Shown: piece by piece, positions 47,136-57,111 of the stretch
Layout of the letters: each line of letters opens with the position of its first letter
How positions within the stretch are numbered: the stretch's first letter is position 1
Origin: Bacteroidota bacterium
Lineage (GTDB): Bacteria > Bacteroidota > Bacteroidia > UBA8524
DNA length: 64,000 nucleotides
Direction of reading: 5' to 3'
Assembly (NCBI GenBank): GCA_006226545.1
Contig: SBGR01000034.1
Span: forward strand, 2,864 to 66,863
Position numbers and translations under genes: made by a program
Notes under the pieces: generated by a model
What the model was told of the DNA's origin: nothing
What the model saw: only the letters and a program-made list of their open reading frames with translations
The model's database searches: none

Positions 47136-50072
47136 TTACAATTTATACGACACCCCGAAGGAGGTGGAGAAACCAATCTTGTATTCAGATGAAATGTATT
47201 TCTCACCTTTAAAGATTTGGTAGGTCTGGTACGATGCGTTTAAGATGTTATTGAAACGCAAAGTCAAGTTCCAGTGTTTGTTTAGCTTCTGAGCCAAGTT
47301 GATGTTAAACATCGGGATTGGTCTTTCGTAGATATCAGGTGTACCCAAAGTACCTACTTGCGACAAACGTGTTCCGAACAAGTTGAATGATGCTGTCGCT
47401 TCAAATCCGGAAGAATCGCCTTTGTAAGTCAAGGCCGCATTGATGAGGTAAGGCGACTGTCCTTGGAACGGACGAGACTCTGGGAAATCAGGATTGTTGT
47501 TTCTAGCTGCAGCCAACTCGGTAGGGTTAATTTTAGAGATGGAGTAGATATAAGAGAAGTTACCGCTGAAATCGAAACGCTTCAATTTGTTGTGGATGGC
47601 TCCTAAGTTTCTTCTCAACTCAAACTCTAATCCGTAGAGTTGTGCACTTTCTACGTTCGCAAATTTGATGGTTGGGTTTGGCTTCAATGGGTCAAAAACC
47701 TGGATGATCGGATTCTTGAAATCTTTGAAGAACGCACTTACCGAGTACAAATCGCTAGAAAACTCATTTGGATAGTACTCCCAACGTAAATCGAGGTTGG
47801 TGATTTTAGTACGTTTTACATCCGGGGTACCTTCGTAAATGAAACCACCAATAAAGTCGAGGGCAGCAAACGGTGCAAGCTCACGCATGTTTGGACGAGC
47901 CAAGGTCTGTGTAGCTGCAGCACGCATATTCGACTTGCTGTTAATCTCATAAACAATGTTCAAGGAAGGCAAGATGTCGATGCCTTCGATATTACCGGTA
48001 ACAAAGTTTCCAGCAGTATCTTTCTTTTCAGAAACAACATTGATGTCGGTAAGCTCAGCTCTCGCTCCACCAATAAATTTCCAACGGCGCCAATTGTACT
48101 CACCCATAGCATATAGTCCGCCAATGTTCTCAGTACCGGTATATTTGTTTTCAGCACGTGTCTGGTCGTAGATAAAGTTAGAGTGAAGGTAACGACGAAC
48201 ATCATTGCCTACCACATACGTATCTACCATACCGAAGTTCGAGCTTACGAAATAGGCTTCCGGCGTGCCCGCATCTGAGATGGTACGTGCATTCGGAGTA
48301 TAATAAGGACTGTTTGGATCGAAGTCCACACCGTCCATCGCTACACGGTAACGCAACTCAGAGAAAGTTCTGTTTTTTGTGCTAAAGGCCGCACCAAATT
48401 TGATCTTATCGATTTTGTTGCCTTTCTCTTTTTTGAATGGCATTTCATAGTCGATTTTTCCTTCAAACTGACGGTCGTTCAAGCTACGGAAGAAGCTAGA
48501 AGGTAAGTCAAACTCAGATGGATTTATTACCGGAGCAGTAAATCCTTTGTCAATCTTGTAAGCGAAAAGTTTCATATCCGGCTGGTCTAAAGAGGAACCG
48601 GTTGTTCCTAATACCCAGCTGAGCACATTCTTTTTCTTACCCAACTTATGTTCTCCACGAAGCTGGATATTGGAAAGGGTACGTTCTTGTAAATAGTTGA
48701 TGGACGTGAAGAAGTAGGCATCCGGGTTGGAGAGAATCTGGGGTGCAGAACCTTCCTGTTGACGGGCTACCTTTTCACCATCGTGGTTGTATAAAATGTT
48801 CAAGCTCACCTCATTTGCTCCCCATTGGTAGGCTAAGTTAGCCAAGGTACCGATGGTGGCATTTTCTGAAGCGCGGCGATCTGTAAGTTGAAAGAAGTCA
48901 ATCAGTCGTTCTGCTTGTCCGGCTTGAATCTTCCAAGCATTGGAGATACCGCCTTCGTAGTAGGAATAATCGTGACTTGCGTTTACGCCAATCATGTAAC
49001 CAAAGGCATGACCATTCTTCAAAAGGTGACGGTTACCGTAAGTGGTGCTGAAGCTGTTGTTCATGAAAGATGGGTTGGTTTCATTCACAAATGATTCAGG
49101 GCGCATGCCTCTGGCCGTTTCGTTAAAGATGGCTCGGTCAGCTTCATTCTTGGGATTACGTGCCTTGATGTATAAGTCGTTTTTAAGGATATCAGCATTA
49201 TCGATGTAAACCTGCTTCAACTTGCGGGTTCCATCATCAAAACCGGCCCAATCCCATTTACCACCTTGTGTGGTTAAGAAGTTTTGTTGGAAAGACGATT
49301 GGTTGTTCAAGCCCAATCCCATAGAAAAGGTAAATACCTTGTGATCTGGGAAAGTTTTGGTGTTCACGTTTACGTTACCACCGGTAAAGTTACCAGGCTG
49401 GTCTGGCGTAAATGTTTTGGACGTGAGGATATTCTCAATCATCCCGGCCGGAATCAAGTCCATGCTGGATGCGTTACGGTAAGGGTCTGTACTAGGCAAG
49501 GTTACACCGTTCATCTGCGTGATGGAGTAACGGTCGCCAAGACCACGCATCACGATAAATTTACCGCCTTCAACTGAGGCGCCGGTAACCTGCTTCATAG
49601 ACTCAGCAGCATTGGAAGTACCCATGCGGGCAATGTTCTCCGCGCCAATATTGTCTTGTACCGCAGCAGAATTACGTTGAAGTTGGGTAACCGCAGCAGC
49701 AGAACGGGTGTTTGCCTTGGCTGTTACGACAGCTTCTTCTAGAATTTCTAAGTTATCACTCATCTCCACATTCAACGTGGTAACTTCTCCTGCCTTCACT
49801 ACTACATTTTGAACGGTCTTTTTAGCCATCCCCACATAGGTGAATTCAAGGGTATAGGTACCCGGGTTGATGTCGATTAAGTAGATACCGGAAATGTCGG
49901 TGATGGTACCAATGGTGGTTCCTTTCACAACAACCTGAACCCCGGTGAGTTCTTCCACAAAGGTCTTGTCTATGACCTTTCCTTTGATGGTGCCCTTTTT
50001 GGTAGCTTGGGCGGAGCTAAGCAATACCGCAAACGCGGCTAAAACAGTAAACAGGCTTCTTCTAAATGACAT
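47136..50072 (-). CDS. TonB-dependent receptor with N-terminal CarboxypepD_reg-like domain
   Basis: 978 aa with a signal peptide, a CarboxypepD_reg-like region (GTIKGKVIDKTF...GVQVVVKGTTIGTITDISGIYLI), a plug (IVMRGLGDRYS) and a long beta-barrel. Confidence 0.9.
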   Translation of the reverse strand: MSFRRSLFTVLAAFAVLLSSAQATKKGTIKGKVIDKTFVEELTGVQVVVKGTTIGTITDISGIYLIDINPGTYTLEFTYVGMAKKTVQNVVVKAGEVTTLNVEMSDNLEILEEAVVTAKANTRSAAAVTQLQRNSAAVQDNIGAENIARMGTSNAAESMKQVTGASVEGGKFIVMRGLGDRYSITQMNGVTLPSTDPYRNASSMDLIPAGMIENILTSKTFTPDQPGNFTGGNVNVNTKTFPDHKVFTFSMGLGLNNQSSFQQNFLTTQGGKWDWAGFDDGTRKLKQVYIDNADILKNDLYIKARNPKNEADRAIFNETARGMRPESFVNETNPSFMNNSFSTTYGNRHLLKNGHAFGYMIGVNASHDYSYYEGGISNAWKIQAGQAERLIDFFQLTDRRASENATIGTLANLAYQWGANEVSLNILYNHDGEKVARQQEGSAPQILSNPDAYFFTSINYLQERTLSNIQLRGEHKLGKKKNVLSWVLGTTGSSLDQPDMKLFAYKIDKGFTAPVINPSEFDLPSSFFRSLNDRQFEGKIDYEMPFKKEKGNKIDKIKFGAAFSTKNRTFSELRYRVAMDGVDFDPNSPYYTPNARTISDAGTPEAYFVSSNFGMVDTYVVGNDVRRYLHSNFIYDQTRAENKYTGTENIGGLYAMGEYNWRRWKFIGGARAELTDINVVSEKKDTAGNFVTGNIEGIDILPSLNIVYEINSKSNMRAAATQTLARPNMRELAPFAALDFIGGFIYEGTPDVKRTKITNLDLRWEYYPNEFSSDLYSVSAFFKDFKNPIIQVFDPLKPNPTIKFANVESAQLYGLEFELRRNLGAIHNKLKRFDFSGNFSYIYSISKINPTELAAARNNNPDFPESRPFQGQSPYLINAALTYKGDSSGFEATASFNLFGTRLSQVGTLGTPDIYERPIPMFNINLAQKLNKHWNLTLRFNNILNASYQTYQIFKGEKYISSEYKIGFSTSFGVSYKL

Positions 50073-50141
50073 GAAAATTGGTATTAAAGACGAAAAGGCG
50101 GTGCCTGAAGCACCACCTTATTCGCATATTCTATTGAGTTA

Positions 50142-51815
50142 TTATTGAACAATCAGTTTCAGGCTTTGTGCGCCGTTGTTTCCGTTGATAGTTACGAAGT
50201 AAACTCCAGGCTTAAGACCTGCTAAGTCAAGGTTCAACTCTTGAGAACCAGCAGTAAGGTTACCCATTGCGTTGTTGCTAATTACTTGACCAGAGATATT
50301 CATTACGTTTACAGTGATATTGTCTGCATTAACCAAGTTGAAAGCTACAGTAGCAGCATTGTTAGCTGGGTTAGGGTATACAGTAACACCGTTTACGTTA
50401 GCTACCGGCTTAACGCTAGTAACAGTGGAGTGGAAGTGACCGTTTCTAGCCAAAGTGGTCCATCCATTAGCCCAAGTTGGACCGTTTGGATCAAAAGCAC
50501 CTTTGTAAGATACTTGAGTAAAGAAAGGATCGTTTGGAATAGCAGCCAAGTTAGAAGTAACGTCAGCGTTAGAAGCTGGTCTTGGGTCTAAGCCACCGTC
50601 TTGGATACGGCTCACTGGAGAAATACCCGGATCAGCAATTTTATTGTTGCTATCATTGAAGTGTTTGATCAAGGTGTTTCTTACCAAAGAAGCATCTTGA
50701 GCACCGCTGTTGATGTTCAACAAACCAGCGCTGTTCGTATCCAAGGTATTTCCACGGAAGAAATCGTATACCAAGTTGCTTTTCCAGTTCAAATCACCGT
50801 CTTGCAAACGTTGGAATGCATCTACACCCTTAGCGTCTGTCAAGTCTTCAATTTGAAGAGCCCAACCACGTCCTTGTGTGAAGATAGAGTTAGCGATAGT
50901 ACCTGCAGTTGCGTCGCGCATCAAAATCATAATCGTTTGAGCGGCTTTCGCTACAGCTGTATCAGAACCAGGACCAATACCTGTCCAGTTGTAAACCATT
51001 GGGTTAGAGTAACGTGCGCCACCATCAGGAATAGCACCGTCTAACTCACCAATACAGTCACCTAAACCGGTAGACTGGATAGCAAACCAGAACTGGCCTT
51101 TTCCACGGTAACCTTCGTCCCAGTCAAATGCATCGTCGCGGCAAAAAGCTACAATCGCATATTTAACATTCACGCTACCACCAAAGAATTCGATACCGTC
51201 ATCTTTGTTTGCGTATACTTCTACATATTCTACGGTTGTTCCTGAGCCTACGCCACAGAAAGAGATACCGTTCAACTCATCACCAGAACCTAATTCGAAA
51301 CCGGCATGACGAACCGATACATAGCGAAGAACACCGCTGTTATCGTTGTCATCGTTTCCACCGTACAAAGCGCGAGGCTCAGTACCGGCAACACCTTCAG
51401 CTTGCAATTCAAGCAAACCGTCTCTTTCAATTGGAGCTTTACCACAAATTACAAGACCACCCCACAATCCGATATCAGCCGGACCTAAGTCGTTAGGATC
51501 GTTTACGTCGTCTGCCTCAGCAGTAAAGATGATAGGAGCATCAGATCTACCTTCTGCGTAGATTTTACCTCCTCTAGAAATGGTTAAGAAAGCATCAACA
51601 CCTGCTTTACCTTTAATTACGGTACCAGCTTGAATGTAAAGACGAGCTCCGTCTTCAACGAATACTGGTTCAGAAATAATGTAAGTGTTGTTGTTTGACC
51701 AATAAACAGAGTCATTGGCATTGATTGACGCATCGGTTACGGTCACTGTCTGGGCAGAAGCTGCCAAGGCAAGTGAAGCGAAAGCGCCGGTCATCCAAAG
51801 TTTTGTAAGTTTCAT
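50142..51815 (-). CDS. Secreted parallel-beta-helix-like protein with T9SS type-A C-terminal domain
   Basis: Signal peptide from the ATG at 51815 (MKLTKLWMTGAFASLALAASAQ). Repeat core GISFCGVGSGTTVEYVEVYANKDDGIEFFGGSVNVKYAIVAFCRDDAFDWDEGYRG. C-terminal domain VTVYPNPANN...PGVYFVTING. Confidence 0.6.
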   Translation of the reverse strand: MKLTKLWMTGAFASLALAASAQTVTVTDASINANDSVYWSNNNTYIISEPVFVEDGARLYIQAGTVIKGKAGVDAFLTISRGGKIYAEGRSDAPIIFTAEADDVNDPNDLGPADIGLWGGLVICGKAPIERDGLLELQAEGVAGTEPRALYGGNDDNDNSGVLRYVSVRHAGFELGSGDELNGISFCGVGSGTTVEYVEVYANKDDGIEFFGGSVNVKYAIVAFCRDDAFDWDEGYRGKGQFWFAIQSTGLGDCIGELDGAIPDGGARYSNPMVYNWTGIGPGSDTAVAKAAQTIMILMRDATAGTIANSIFTQGRGWALQIEDLTDAKGVDAFQRLQDGDLNWKSNLVYDFFRGNTLDTNSAGLLNINSGAQDASLVRNTLIKHFNDSNNKIADPGISPVSRIQDGGLDPRPASNADVTSNLAAIPNDPFFTQVSYKGAFDPNGPTWANGWTTLARNGHFHSTVTSVKPVANVNGVTVYPNPANNAATVAFNLVNADNITVNVMNISGQVISNNAMGNLTAGSQELNLDLAGLKPGVYFVTINGNNGAQSLKLIVQ

Positions 51816-51993
51816 GTTCTTAGAATTTGATGCAAAGCTGGGCCTAGGCATTAAAGCGAAAATTACCCGTATGTTGTCTTATTGTTAACAGGCCCATGAC
51901 GAAAATTTTAACTAGTAATTCGCTGTTTTTGTGCGTTTTATACTTACTATCTCTTTGTTCTTAGTAATGGTTTAACCTAAAAGTCATGGAGTT

Positions 51994-52019
51994 TTAATGG
52001 GGTAATTATCTCCCATTAA
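51994..52019. promoter_or_regulatory. Inverted repeat in the divergent promoter region (candidate operator)
   Basis: TTAATGGG (51994-52001) / CCCATTAA (52012-52019) with a 10-nt AT-rich spacer. Lies 40 nt upstream of the first peroxidase ATG. Confidence 0.25.
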
Positions 52020-52059
52020 CACGGCTAGGGGTGCTTTGCGGTGCAATTTGAAACGTACC

Positions 52060-53478
52060 ATGAAAAAGAAATTTTTACTCAGCTTGCTTAGCGGCGGATT
52101 AGCATTGTCTGCATTCGCTCAAGCGCCTTTGAGTTTGCCCTTTGTGGCAAAAGACACCTTATACGCCACCACAGACTTTACTCACAGTAACACTGTTCAG
52201 GCAAAAGTTCTCTTCTCTGCCGACCTCAACTACGTTATTAACCTGGAAACAGGCGATAGCGCTTTAGCAAAAGGAAACCACGACTTTACCGGCTACCTTC
52301 CTATCAACGGAAGCAGCTCATACGGATACATCATCGTAAACCATGAGATTACCAATACCAGAAACGATATCTTAGGTGATGGTGGTGGTATGACCGTATT
52401 TGAAGTACAAAAAGATGCCAACGGCGAATGGCAAACATTAGGTTCTTATAAGAATGTAGACTTCACCGGTGTTGGCGACGATTTTAGTCATACACGCACA
52501 GCGCAAATAGCCCTTGGCAAAGCCCTCTTCTTTGATCCGGTGCTTTCCGGCAACCAAGAACGCAGCTGTGCCTCATGCCATAAACCGGAACAGGGTTTTA
52601 GCGATGCGCGAGTGCGTTCAGATAACTTTACCAGCGATGCTACCTTAGGACGAAACACGCCGAGCCTGCTCAATGTTGCCTTTCAGCAATCCTTTTTCTG
52701 GGATGGAAGGGTAAGTTCGCTAGAAGAGCAAGTGAAAGACGTTACGCTCAACCCTTCTGAGCTCCACGGTAACTTCGATACGGCTGCGCTTCGCTTAAAG
52801 AACAGCGCCGCCTACCGAGCCCTTTTTGAGGCCGCCTTCCCCAATAGCAGATACGCACAAATCAATGGTGCCGCCATTCAAAAGGCCATCGCTGCTTATG
52901 AGCGAAGCCTCATTGCTTTAAACAGCCCATTTGATCAGTACATGCGCGGGAGCCTCAATGCCTTACCTAAAAAAGCTGAACAAGGCTTTAACCTCTTCAT
53001 GGGAAAGGCCTTGTGTTCTACTTGCCATTTCTTTCCACTCTTCAACGGTACGGTGCCGCCACATTACCGAAAAACAGAAAATGAAGTACTGGGCCTAGCG
53101 AGTTCTGCGCAGAACAAAACCTTGGACCAAGACTCCGGCAAATACCTGATCAGCCTCACGCCACTGCATATTCGCTCATTTAAAACCTCAGGCTTGCGCA
53201 ACCTGAGCCAGACCGCCCCGTATATGCACAACGGTGCTTACCCCGATTTAAAATCGGTTATTGAATTTTATAACCGCGGCGGCGGACAGGCTTTCCATTT
53301 TGAGGTGGAAAACCAAACTTTACCGGCTGATTCGCTGGGGCTGAATATGCAGGAAGTAGAAGCCCTCGTTAGCTTCTTGGAATGCCTGAACGATACCAGC
53401 ACCAAATTTCAAATACCGTCGCAGCTGCCAGCCATTCCCGGCACATCAGACAGACGTAAACTGGGAGGAGCCTACTGA
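52060..53478 (+). CDS. Di-haem cytochrome c peroxidase (CCP/MauG family) with unrelated N-terminal segment
   Basis: Two CxxCH motifs (CASCH, CSTCH), LFFDP and PYMHNG. Signal peptide from the ATG at 52060. The N-terminal ~150 aa resemble the start of a PhoX/DUF839-type propeller (YGYIIVNHEITN...GGGMTVFEV). Confidence 0.8.
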   Translation: MKKKFLLSLLSGGLALSAFAQAPLSLPFVAKDTLYATTDFTHSNTVQAKVLFSADLNYVINLETGDSALAKGNHDFTGYLPINGSSSYGYIIVNHEITNTRNDILGDGGGMTVFEVQKDANGEWQTLGSYKNVDFTGVGDDFSHTRTAQIALGKALFFDPVLSGNQERSCASCHKPEQGFSDARVRSDNFTSDATLGRNTPSLLNVAFQQSFFWDGRVSSLEEQVKDVTLNPSELHGNFDTAALRLKNSAAYRALFEAAFPNSRYAQINGAAIQKAIAAYERSLIALNSPFDQYMRGSLNALPKKAEQGFNLFMGKALCSTCHFFPLFNGTVPPHYRKTENEVLGLASSAQNKTLDQDSGKYLISLTPLHIRSFKTSGLRNLSQTAPYMHNGAYPDLKSVIEFYNRGGGQAFHFEVENQTLPADSLGLNMQEVEALVSFLECLNDTSTKFQIPSQLPAIPGTSDRRKLGGAY

Positions 53479-55367
53479 TGAAAAAGGTAATTCTCAGCCT
53501 AGCCCTCATTCTGGGATTCACTTTTTTGATGCAAGCTTTTCAAGCAGGCAGCAAATCGCTAAAAAGCCCCATGACCTATGCCCACGAAAAGTTAAATCGC
53601 TTTAAGGAAAGCCTTGGTGCGCTGGAAAAAACCATTGAGGCTAAAAACGAAAAGCAGGTTAGGCGTGCCTTTCAAGTTTGCCGAGATGACTACAAAGCGA
53701 TGGAGTTTTTGCTCGCTTACTTGGATAAAGGCCATGCGGCATTGCTGAATGCGGCGCCTATACCGAAGGTGGACGTGAGCAACGCCCAGTACATCACCTT
53801 AGACCCTTCCGGCTTGCAAGTGATGGAAGAGGCGGTGTTTGCTGATTCGCTCGACTTTGATTTACTCGCTTCCATACTGCGTAAAACACAACACATGGCT
53901 TCCCGCGTTTCCTTGCCTGAAAGCATCGATGAGGCCAGCTTTTACCGAGCGCTCTACGAAGGTGTTCTTCGTGTTCAAAGCATGGGCATAACCGGATTTG
54001 ACGTGCCCGGAAGCGGTAGGGCTATTAGCGAATCTGAAATTAGCATGAAAGCGATGTTGTTCTGCTTGGAACAGCTCCACACGGAGGGCATTAGCCTGCC
54101 GGAATCGCTGAATACTGCTTGGAAGAAAGCGATTGGTTACTTAAATAAACACCGCAACCAAGAACGGTTCGACCGATTTACGTTTATAAAGGATTATGCC
54201 AATCCGCTGATGTCATCGCTCAGCCACTGGTACCAAATGCGCATCGATGAAAAAGTAGCGATTCAAATACCGGGGAATACCGTGAATTATACAGCCACTT
54301 CCCTATTTGATGCAAGGCTCTTAAATGCATCAGCCTATTCTACCGATCCGCTCGCACCGGCCAATGAGGCTAGAAGGCAATTGGGCGAATACCTATTCTT
54401 CGACCCTATTCTCTCTGACGGCAATGAACGGGCCTGCGCTTCTTGCCATAAGCCGGAATTGGCCTTTAGCGATGGACGAAGTAAAAGCATGGCCTGGGGT
54501 GGAAAAGACAGCTTAGGGCGAAATGCTCCGGGCTTGATTTACGCTGCGTTTCAAACAGCCCAGTTTTGGGATTTACGCGAAGCCTTGCTGGAAGACCAGA
54601 TGGACCACGTGCTAAGCAACGGCAAGGAGTTTCACTCCAACTATGCTCAGGTGATAGAAAAACTGAAGCGAAGTACAGCTTACGATAGCCTTTTTAGGAA
54701 AGCATTTTCAAGCGATAAAGAGGCTATCGATATCCGCAATTTCAACTTGGCTTTGGCAGAATACGTCAGGAGCCTGCAGAGCTTTAGCAGTCCATTTGAT
54801 CAGATGATTAGAGGAGAACGCAAAGCGGATAAAGAGGTGGTACAAGGTTTTAACTTGTTTATGGGCAAGGCCTTGTGCGCAACTTGCCATTTTGCCCCGC
54901 TCTTTTCCGGACTTGTTCCTCCGGATTATACCGACATGGAATCGGAGGTGATTGGTACCTTGAGTTACCCGGAATCGGGAAAGCTTGACAAAGATTTGGG
55001 TCGCTATTATTTCCAAAGCGCAGAAGTGTTTAAGGGCAGCTTCAAGACCGTCAGCCTACGAAACTCGGCTTTGACAGCGCCTTATTTCCACCACGGGAAA
55101 TACCCGGATTTGGCCTCTGTTGTTCGCTTCTACAACCAAGGTGGCGGCAGCGGATCAGGCGCAACAGTTCCGAATCAGACTTTGCCTTTTGATAGTTTGA
55201 GCATGAATGAGAAGGAGGAAAAAAACCTGGTTAAATTCCTAGAATCGCTTAGCGATGAGAAACGGTTTATTGCACCACGTTCTTTGCCCAGCATGGGCGA
55301 TTCTGTTTTGGATAGGAGACGTATAGGTGGAGTGTATTATAGGGGTAGGACTGGTTTGTTTAATTGA
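53478..55367 (+). CDS. Di-haem cytochrome c peroxidase (CCP/MauG family) with ~300-aa N-terminal domain of unknown function
   Basis: 629 aa with CASCH and CATCH haem sites, LFFDP and PYFHHG. TGATG overlap with the upstream paralogue. Confidence 0.8.
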   Translation: MKKVILSLALILGFTFLMQAFQAGSKSLKSPMTYAHEKLNRFKESLGALEKTIEAKNEKQVRRAFQVCRDDYKAMEFLLAYLDKGHAALLNAAPIPKVDVSNAQYITLDPSGLQVMEEAVFADSLDFDLLASILRKTQHMASRVSLPESIDEASFYRALYEGVLRVQSMGITGFDVPGSGRAISESEISMKAMLFCLEQLHTEGISLPESLNTAWKKAIGYLNKHRNQERFDRFTFIKDYANPLMSSLSHWYQMRIDEKVAIQIPGNTVNYTATSLFDARLLNASAYSTDPLAPANEARRQLGEYLFFDPILSDGNERACASCHKPELAFSDGRSKSMAWGGKDSLGRNAPGLIYAAFQTAQFWDLREALLEDQMDHVLSNGKEFHSNYAQVIEKLKRSTAYDSLFRKAFSSDKEAIDIRNFNLALAEYVRSLQSFSSPFDQMIRGERKADKEVVQGFNLFMGKALCATCHFAPLFSGLVPPDYTDMESEVIGTLSYPESGKLDKDLGRYYFQSAEVFKGSFKTVSLRNSALTAPYFHHGKYPDLASVVRFYNQGGGSGSGATVPNQTLPFDSLSMNEKEEKNLVKFLESLSDEKRFIAPRSLPSMGDSVLDRRRIGGVYYRGRTGLFN

Positions 55368-55385
55368 TATTTAATCCAGTTTGGC

Positions 55386-56189
55386 CTAAAATCTTTTAAC
55401 CCTCAAAGTATAGGTAAGCGGAGTCATCTCCCGATTATATTGAATGCTTACATCAAGCTTATAGATCAGGCCTAGTTTGTTGTAGTAAAACCGAGTAATA
55501 CGTGTACCCTCTGTGCGCTTAAGCAGTCCGGCCTTCGGATCAACGCCATCGTAATTTGTAGTGAAATAGCTTTTGGAGGTTACCGTTTTCTCAAAGGGAA
55601 TAGAATCTTGCGTGCTGATTTCCTGAAACTGAAACTTGAGTGTCCAGTTTCCATTTATACTGCTGTAATACTCCGAGCTAACAGAGGAGTCTGAGTCTTT
55701 TATCCAAATGTTCTTAGAACCAATCCATTCCCCATTCTGTTCATACTTCACGATATATATATTTCTGTTGCCTTCACTAAATTGGTCATGCTCCATTTTC
55801 AATACCGTGTCACTTCCTTCAATGGAATAGGTGCGGATATAGAAATGATTACCCGAGTCTAAGGTGACAACAAATTCTCCGGAATCATGCATTTGACTTC
55901 GCAGCGAATCCTGGTGATTCCAGATATAGGTAAAATCGTTATTCTTAAAGACAAACTTGGTTTGTTGACTAGGCTTTCCAAGTTGCAATAAGGTATCGTT
56001 GAGCCATTCGTATCTCAACCTATCATAGCTACCACCCCGAATCTTTACCTTGGACACTCCATGGTTTCTATAATTTAACAAAACCTCTCTTATCTCTTGT
56101 CCGCGATCATCATCGGTAACCAATTGGGCAAAGGCCCCCAATGGAAGAGTTATCAAAAGTGAAAACACAATTCTTGAGAAAAGATTCAT
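55386..56189 (-). CDS. Hypothetical secreted protein
   Basis: 267 aa with signal peptide MNLFSRIVFSLLITLPLGAFAQ, in an AT-rich stretch. Confidence 0.45.
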   Translation of the reverse strand: MNLFSRIVFSLLITLPLGAFAQLVTDDDRGQEIREVLLNYRNHGVSKVKIRGGSYDRLRYEWLNDTLLQLGKPSQQTKFVFKNNDFTYIWNHQDSLRSQMHDSGEFVVTLDSGNHFYIRTYSIEGSDTVLKMEHDQFSEGNRNIYIVKYEQNGEWIGSKNIWIKDSDSSVSSEYYSSINGNWTLKFQFQEISTQDSIPFEKTVTSKSYFTTNYDGVDPKAGLLKRTEGTRITRFYYNKLGLIYKLDVSIQYNREMTPLTYTLRVKRF

Positions 56190-56247
56190 AACCCCCTAAC
56201 GAAATAATGTTGAATAAGATACAGTTTAAGCCTGAAGGACTTTTCAA

Positions 56248-56898
56248 CTATCGTTTTCGATTGAATACTGCGTCATAGAGGCCTTTGGTACGCTCATTTT
56301 GTTCAAAAGATTTCAGTATTTCTGGCAACTGTTTGTATGCAAAACGTGGATCATAGCCCAAGTCAATCAAGAGATACTTCATCCTGGATGTAATGTAGTG
56401 ACGACCATAACTACTGATATTAGGTTCAGCCATTATCTTTTTCAGGTTTTGAGCGAAGGTGATAAAGTCCGCCTCACTCATTTTATCGAGCGACTTGAAT
56501 GCCGGATAAGTATTGAGTTCAGCTTCATTGACCAAAGTGAAAAAAGGACCCTCTTCACCTTTTTTTCTTTCCTTAACCAATAGCCTTGTTTCCTTCTTTG
56601 TCGAGTCGAGGTAAAAGACAAATGTGGCTGTATCTGACTTTTCCTTAATTGCGATACATGTCATGCTATCGCCATGTATCACCTTCGATTGAATTGTATA
56701 GTGATAGTCCAGCTCTGTGAGACCGCAAGTTGTTTCTTTCGTGAAACCGTCGGTCACATGCAGAAGCAGGGAGTCAGCTTTAATTTCAAAGCTGCGGTAA
56801 TTGTTTTTGGTAACGAGGTACCACTTGCCAAGGAATGCCGATTGTGCAAAAACGGAGCTGCCAAATAAGACAAGGATGAGTAAGAGTTTAGATCGCAT
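56248..56898 (-). CDS. Hypothetical secreted protein
   Basis: Trimmed to the ATG at 56898, which gives the classical signal peptide MRSKLLLILVLFGSSVFAQS. Confidence 0.45.
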   Translation of the reverse strand: MRSKLLLILVLFGSSVFAQSAFLGKWYLVTKNNYRSFEIKADSLLLHVTDGFTKETTCGLTELDYHYTIQSKVIHGDSMTCIAIKEKSDTATFVFYLDSTKKETRLLVKERKKGEEGPFFTLVNEAELNTYPAFKSLDKMSEADFITFAQNLKKIMAEPNISSYGRHYITSRMKYLLIDLGYDPRFAYKQLPEILKSFEQNERTKGLYDAVFNRKR

Positions 56899-57086
56899 AA
56901 GTTTGGTTAAAGGCAAATCGAAAGTACGTAAAATCATAGAAAACCTGTCGCATAAAACTCCATTCATCCAATACTTACATTCAGTCAAGTTTCATTCTTA
57001 ACGATTCCTTGACCTGCGGTTCACCGTTACTTCATACAACTGTGGCACCTTCGTTCCCAAGCAGTAAATAAACCTTCTAAATCCCT

Positions 57087-57111
57087 GGGGACTTCGGTCC
57101 CCTTTTTTTTT
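57087..57111 (+). terminator. Orphan plus-strand intrinsic terminator
   Basis: GGGGAC-TTCG-GTCCCC (57087-57102) followed by T9 (57103-57111). No plus-strand ORF lies upstream of it. Confidence 0.5.
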
